Shown: positions 6,731 to 10,471 of the stretch, one piece after another | Numbering within the stretch: position 1 is the first letter of the stretch | Layout of the letters: each line of letters starts with the position of its first letter | From: a virus | Taxonomy: Duplodnaviria; Heunggongvirae; Uroviricota; Caudoviricetes | Reading direction: 5' to 3' (one strand) | Virus record (IMG/VR): IMGVR_UViG_3300025122_006001 | Length of the DNA stretch: 10,471 nucleotides | Made by a program: the position numbers and the translations under genes | The notes under the pieces: generated by a model | Databases searched by the model: none | Told to the model about the DNA's origin: nothing | The model's input: only the letters and a program-made list of their open reading frames with translations

Positions 6731-6757
6731 TTTCACAAAAAGCATAGCTTATCCTTT
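6731..6757 (-). promoter_or_regulatory. Candidate phage promoter motif AAAGGA-N17-GAAA (copy between terL and the IscB cassette)
   Basis: Minus strand reads AAAGGA taagctatgctttttgt GAAA, the same geometry as 1911-1937. It overlaps the terL stop codon. Confidence 0.35.
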
Positions 6758-9700
6758 ATCTTATGACAGGGTTTCTCCAAGGCTGGCGGTTAGCTAAAGC
6801 ATCTGCAACCTGTTGTCCTGTGCCGGATCCAATAGGACCTTGCATGCCCTGCCATACTCTTTCATTTGGTTGCGGCACGATACCCATATTTACCATCTTG
6901 CCCTGAGGCAGCATATTAGCATTCATATTGATTGCCGAATAGCAAGCTCCTGCAAGGGCATCGACTAAATCATCTGTCTTTATGCCATCTCCATTTCGCC
7001 TGGCAGAAATTCGATAACCAGTGGGAATGACCTTCTTTTGCAACCCGACCATTTCGTCCATGAGCAACGTTGCCGCAGGGTCATTATTAGGAACAATAAG
7101 TTTTCCAGCATTCACTATCTGCAACAGCTCAGAATAAATCACCATCTTGTGCCTGTTGGTGAAACGAGTCTCTTTATTTGGCAGTCCAGCTTTGCGCAAT
7201 CTAAGCTTACTCTCAATAGAATTCCAGGCATCGTATGTTACCATGCCAATTCTAAATAATCGCTTCAGCTTAATCACGAACTCATCTACTACCGAAGCTA
7301 TAACAGGCTGATTAGTCGTAGGATGCCAGTATTTCAGCAAATCCACCATAATCATATAATCTGCCTTACGTGTTTCTTCATTCAAAAATATTTGTTTGTG
7401 AACTAACGCTAAAGCATAATTATGACTTGTCGCGGCAGGATCGAGATGCAAGAAGTATATTTGTCCAGGTTCTCCAGTTTTTCTAAAACGAATATTGCCC
7501 TTGAAACATGACTTAGTGTGTTCTTCTGAAAAGAAGTTTTCACCAGCGATACCACTAAACTCTGCCCCAAATTCCATCTCAAACTCTTCTTCACTCATCG
7601 AGCTAAATTCTCGTTTTAGAGACTGACGGGTTCTTGCTGGCATAACATCCCAGCTTGGAAGTCTACAAGCGAGTCTTGTGTCATATAAATCAGCTTGCGA
7701 AAAAAGCTCCCAGAACTTGCCTTCTTTACCACGAGGCGATGATATACTGATAGTTTTTCCGTCATAAATAATGTCATTTTCCGGCTCTCCCTTGTCATCA
7801 ACTTTTTGTTTGCCATCACTATCTAACACGGGCACTTTGCGATAGTAAGTTGCAATGGTGGGAGTTAGGGATGCATAAATGCGATCTCCAGAAGAAGCGC
7901 CTCCTGTCGTTCTATATGAAGCAACTTCGTCAAGTATCAGCACAAAAACACCCTTACCTAGCAACGTAGCAGAGTTGCTATGCCCCACCTCAATAACAAT
8001 AGAGCCTTTTGTTTTCAATCCCATGTCCCTTGCCGCAAAATTTCTATTTTCTTCTTTATCTTTTGGCGTTAAAAGATAAACTTTACCCTCCTCTAAACCA
8101 TCTTTAATGTATTTGTCTGTAAAATATTTACTAGACAGCAGCTTACTTCTTATTTCTGCATATGCGACACCAGATTGTGCTTGCGAGTTAGCAACAGTCA
8201 ATATATTAATAGGGTTTGCATCGGCAATATTGTAATAGCCAAACGGATCGCCTCCAGGGCACTCCAAAAGCTTTAATGCCTCATAAAGTGCTATAATACT
8301 GACACAAAAATCTTTGCCCGAATTATGAGCTATAAACCCGTTGCTAACAAAGCTTTGCAACGATTTTTGACTACTCACTGAAAGATCAAACGTGCGTTTT
8401 TTACCAATTTTATTGATAGATCTAATTTTAAAAAACGAAAATGGACATTGATCCCTGTGCGTTGTTTTAATACTACTGTCAATACTTAATAACCTATTCA
8501 ACGCCATATGCACAGCCCCATCCTTGCCAATGAATCCAATATTTTTAAAAAATCTTTCTACATATAGTTTCCTTGAAAAATATAATCCGTAACTTACTGT
8601 GTGATATTGCCTTTTTATGTTTTTTTCATCTACAATATACGAATTAACCTTTTTAGTCCTTAAATTTGCTATAATACCAAACTTTAATAAAAGCTGTTGA
8701 ATCAAAATAGCCTGCTGTTTATTTGAACTATAAAACTCTATAGTGCAAACATTACGAGTCCCGACATGGCCATCACAGCTGAATAAAGCCCTAAGATATG
8801 CCGCTATAACATTTTTCGGACACTTAAACATCTCCAACGGCACAGATTTATAGTGACACGTTTTACCAGCCAAGTCCCATTTAGTTAACAGTTGCATCAA
8901 ATCGTTTTTCTTTCGCCTAGAACGATTTCTACCTGCTTTCTCGGAATAAAAAGATTCATTGACATATCTTTTTGAAGTGATCTTGTATTGGCAATGTGCT
9001 GATCGTGCACCAGTCCACGGATCCTTAAACATCTTTAAATTGTCACTAACTGCATCTAATCGAGAAGTCATATCTTTTAAGATGACATCATTGTCGCATG
9101 TAAAAAAAGTACATGTCTGAGAACAATTTCCATCTCCTGTCATATAGCCCAACAAAGATGCTTCATCAATAGAAATTTTCTGCGAATTTCCAAAGAATGG
9201 CACTTCTTCACAGATTGCAATCTTGTCTTTTTCTAAATCTAAGTCTTTTAACTGGATCCATCCACGTTGAGTCATAAACGGATGATTCTTAGTAGCCTCA
9301 ATAGTAAAGCCGCTCATAGCTTCTAAACAGAAGACTTCTCGTTCTCCCTGATAAATAATCTCTGCATTCTTTATTATTTGCATCTTGTTAAATTGTTCAT
9401 CATATGTCCATGAATCTATATTATGTTGCCCACTATCCCAGAGCTCCCCAAATGTATGCATGGCGCCATCTTTCGGATCAATGAGCATCATGTCCTCAGA
9501 TAAACATCTACGACCCCAGACAAGAACTAACTCTCTAAAAATAGCTTGACTAAAATACTTACTTCGCACGTTGCCGCGAACATCGTCTGTGAGCCCAAGA
9601 TCTTCACAAAGCTGCAATTCTGCTTCGGTAAGCTTGATGTGTTCATTCCCTCTAGATCCACGATAAAAAACCTTAAGGATTAGCGCTTGAGCGGGTGTTA

Positions 9701-9869
9701 GATTAACGGGAGTGCGTTGATAGGGGAGCCCTAAATAGTCTTCGCTGTTACAAAATTCTATGATATCTGGAATTTTTCTTGATGCAGTAGGCTCAAGAGA
9801 CACCTTCATATCCGTAATAATATCAGAAACGGATGTTCTAGTGCGAAATGGTTTGCGCCCTTTTGGCAT
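6756..9869 (-). CDS. terL: Terminase large subunit precursor containing an intein (1037 aa; ~642 aa after splicing)
   Basis: After intein removal the Walker A reads WGRR|SGKD. Also present: Walker B VLILDEVA, coupling motif ISISSPRG, and RNase H-like nuclease acidic motifs LHLDPA, TYDAWNS and DDLVDA. Confidence 0.92.
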   Translation of the reverse strand: MPKGRKPFRTRTSVSDIITDMKVSLEPTASRKIPDIIEFCNSEDYLGLPYQRTPVNLTPAQALILKVFYRGSRGNEHIKLTEAELQLCEDLGLTDDVRGNVRSKYFSQAIFRELVLVWGRRCLSEDMMLIDPKDGAMHTFGELWDSGQHNIDSWTYDEQFNKMQIIKNAEIIYQGEREVFCLEAMSGFTIEATKNHPFMTQRGWIQLKDLDLEKDKIAICEEVPFFGNSQKISIDEASLLGYMTGDGNCSQTCTFFTCDNDVILKDMTSRLDAVSDNLKMFKDPWTGARSAHCQYKITSKRYVNESFYSEKAGRNRSRRKKNDLMQLLTKWDLAGKTCHYKSVPLEMFKCPKNVIAAYLRALFSCDGHVGTRNVCTIEFYSSNKQQAILIQQLLLKFGIIANLRTKKVNSYIVDEKNIKRQYHTVSYGLYFSRKLYVERFFKNIGFIGKDGAVHMALNRLLSIDSSIKTTHRDQCPFSFFKIRSINKIGKKRTFDLSVSSQKSLQSFVSNGFIAHNSGKDFCVSIIALYEALKLLECPGGDPFGYYNIADANPINILTVANSQAQSGVAYAEIRSKLLSSKYFTDKYIKDGLEEGKVYLLTPKDKEENRNFAARDMGLKTKGSIVIEVGHSNSATLLGKGVFVLILDEVASYRTTGGASSGDRIYASLTPTIATYYRKVPVLDSDGKQKVDDKGEPENDIIYDGKTISISSPRGKEGKFWELFSQADLYDTRLACRLPSWDVMPARTRQSLKREFSSMSEEEFEMEFGAEFSGIAGENFFSEEHTKSCFKGNIRFRKTGEPGQIYFLHLDPAATSHNYALALVHKQIFLNEETRKADYMIMVDLLKYWHPTTNQPVIASVVDEFVIKLKRLFRIGMVTYDAWNSIESKLRLRKAGLPNKETRFTNRHKMVIYSELLQIVNAGKLIVPNNDPAATLLMDEMVGLQKKVIPTGYRISARRNGDGIKTDDLVDALAGACYSAINMNANMLPQGKMVNMGIVPQPNERVWQGMQGPIGSGTGQQVADALANRQPWRNPVIR
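8322..9506 (-). mobile_element. Intein with LAGLIDADG homing endonuclease (395 aa) inserted in the TerL Walker A
   Basis: N-terminal Cys (CLSEDM, TGT at 9506), block B TKNH, endonuclease blocks LLGYMTGDG and YLRALFSCDG, LLLKFGI, block F TFDLSV, C-terminal HN (ends 8322) and +1 Ser. Confidence 0.95.
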
Positions 9870-10237
9870 TAAATTATATTCTCTAAATCTATATTAAATC
9901 CTACCGTTGCAGAAATATCTGCAAATTCCTGAGATACTTTAATCCCACTATCTTTTAAAAATGTATTCACAGAATTGAATTGCTGTGCTACGTGGGACTG
10001 CAATGCTGTGACAAACGACTTCATTTCTGCATGCGGATTAAAATATCTATCTACAACAATAAAATAAGCAAGCTCAATGCTATTGCGCAATACGATCTTG
10101 TTAATTTCATCTGTGTCTATCTCAGAGTCTGACAAATGCCCTTGCATCGCTTTTAAGAGCCGAAATGCTTTCTCTGAGTCTGCCCTTGCTCCTCCTAAGT
10201 GGTCAGCAATTACTTTATACTCTTCTGGCTTAATCAT
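9869..10237 (-). CDS. Hypothetical protein (122 aa, MIKPEEYK...) coupled to terL; positional small-terminase candidate only
   Basis: TAATG overlap with terL. The start is revised from 10255 to 10237 because 10238-10255 is TnpB element right-end sequence. Confidence 0.8.
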   Translation of the reverse strand: MIKPEEYKVIADHLGGARADSEKAFRLLKAMQGHLSDSEIDTDEINKIVLRNSIELAYFIVVDRYFNPHAEMKSFVTALQSHVAQQFNSVNTFLKDSGIKVSQEFADISATVGFNIDLENII

Positions 10238-10345
10238 GTCAATGACCCCTATCATAAAGGATGGGGCTTGTAACTGAATCGTGAGAAACGTTACTATAAG
10301 CCGATTGACATACGGCTCGTTTTTCAGCGGCTTGCCGCTGAAAAA
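10238..10345 (-). ncRNA. TnpB right-end omega/reRNA scaffold (at least this part), overlapping the tnpB 3' end
   Basis: Stems seen: 11-bp TTTTTCAGCGG-CAAG-CCGCTGAAAAA (10345-10320), AGCCG/CGGCT (10317-10299), GTAAC/GTTAC (10294-10270) and the right-end hairpin. The loop ATGTCAAT is complementary to the terminal ATTGACAT. Confidence 0.7.
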
Positions 10346-10469
10346 GCGATCGAAGAGCTATATTACAAGCTCCAATACGATCTGCATTATCTTGATATCT
10401 ACAAGATCTGCACCGGAATTTCAAGCCATTCCGGTTGGCTTTTTCACAGTGACCACAGACAGGACAAGA
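10239..10469 (-). CDS. tnpB: TnpB RNA-guided nuclease, C-terminal fragment (Zn ribbon + RuvC-III), 5'-truncated
   Basis: The frame is open to the window edge and reads SCPVCGHCEKANRNGLKFRCRSCRYQDNADRIGACNIA, giving two CxxC pairs and an ADxxGAxNIA motif. The track start at 10424 is an artefact of truncation. Confidence 0.88.
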   Translation of the reverse strand, partial: SCPVCGHCEKANRNGLKFRCRSCRYQDNADRIGACNIALRSLFQRQAAEKRAVCQSAYSNVSHDSVTSPILYDRGH

Positions 10470-10471
10470 CT

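Larger units (their letters stand above)
10238..10471 (-). mobile_element. 3' (right) end of a TnpB-encoding IS200/IS605-family element, truncated by the window
   Basis: TnpB C-terminus followed by CAAGCCCCATCCTTTATGATAGGGGTCATTGAC, a subterminal hairpin (CCCCATC/GATAGGGG) ending in TTGAC. This resembles IS605-group right ends. Confidence 0.8.

Noticed and set aside
3793-7819. Alternate-frame minus-strand ORFs 3793-3981, 7409-7594 and 7616-7819
   Set aside because: They are nested out of frame in well-supported genes, with no RBS or motif support.
10238-10255. ORF-track start at 10255 for the gene upstream of terL (MIGVID extension)
   Set aside because: These bases belong to the TnpB right-end hairpin and terminus; ATG 10237 is the more plausible start.
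1-10471. CRISPR array, tRNA, or stop-codon recoding
   Set aside because: No regularly spaced repeats or cloverleaf were seen. Genes are full length and tightly coupled under the standard bacterial code.

Overview
This AT-rich window is almost fully coding on the minus strand and looks like the DNA-packaging region of a large tailed dsDNA virus (or prophage). In transcription order (high to low coordinates) it holds: the 3' end of a TnpB (IS200/IS605 OMEGA) element; a 122-aa ORF; a terminase large subunit whose Walker A is split by a 395-aa LAGLIDADG intein; a complete IscB + omegaRNA cassette; five tightly coupled hypothetical genes (296, 198, 280, 44 and 260 aa); a 476-aa protein made of two tandem Zn-finger/HNH endonuclease units; and a 3'-truncated 155+ aa gene. 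The 44-aa and 155+ aa genes are not in the ORF track. The main signal is that both RNA-guided nuclease elements end at or within 1 nt of the ATG of the next phage gene. The IscB cassette sits exactly between a Shine-Dalgarno site and its ATG, so its predicted guide is that gene's ribosome-binding site. The tandem-HNH cassette may follow the same pattern. All family calls come from motif recognition by eye; no searches were run.
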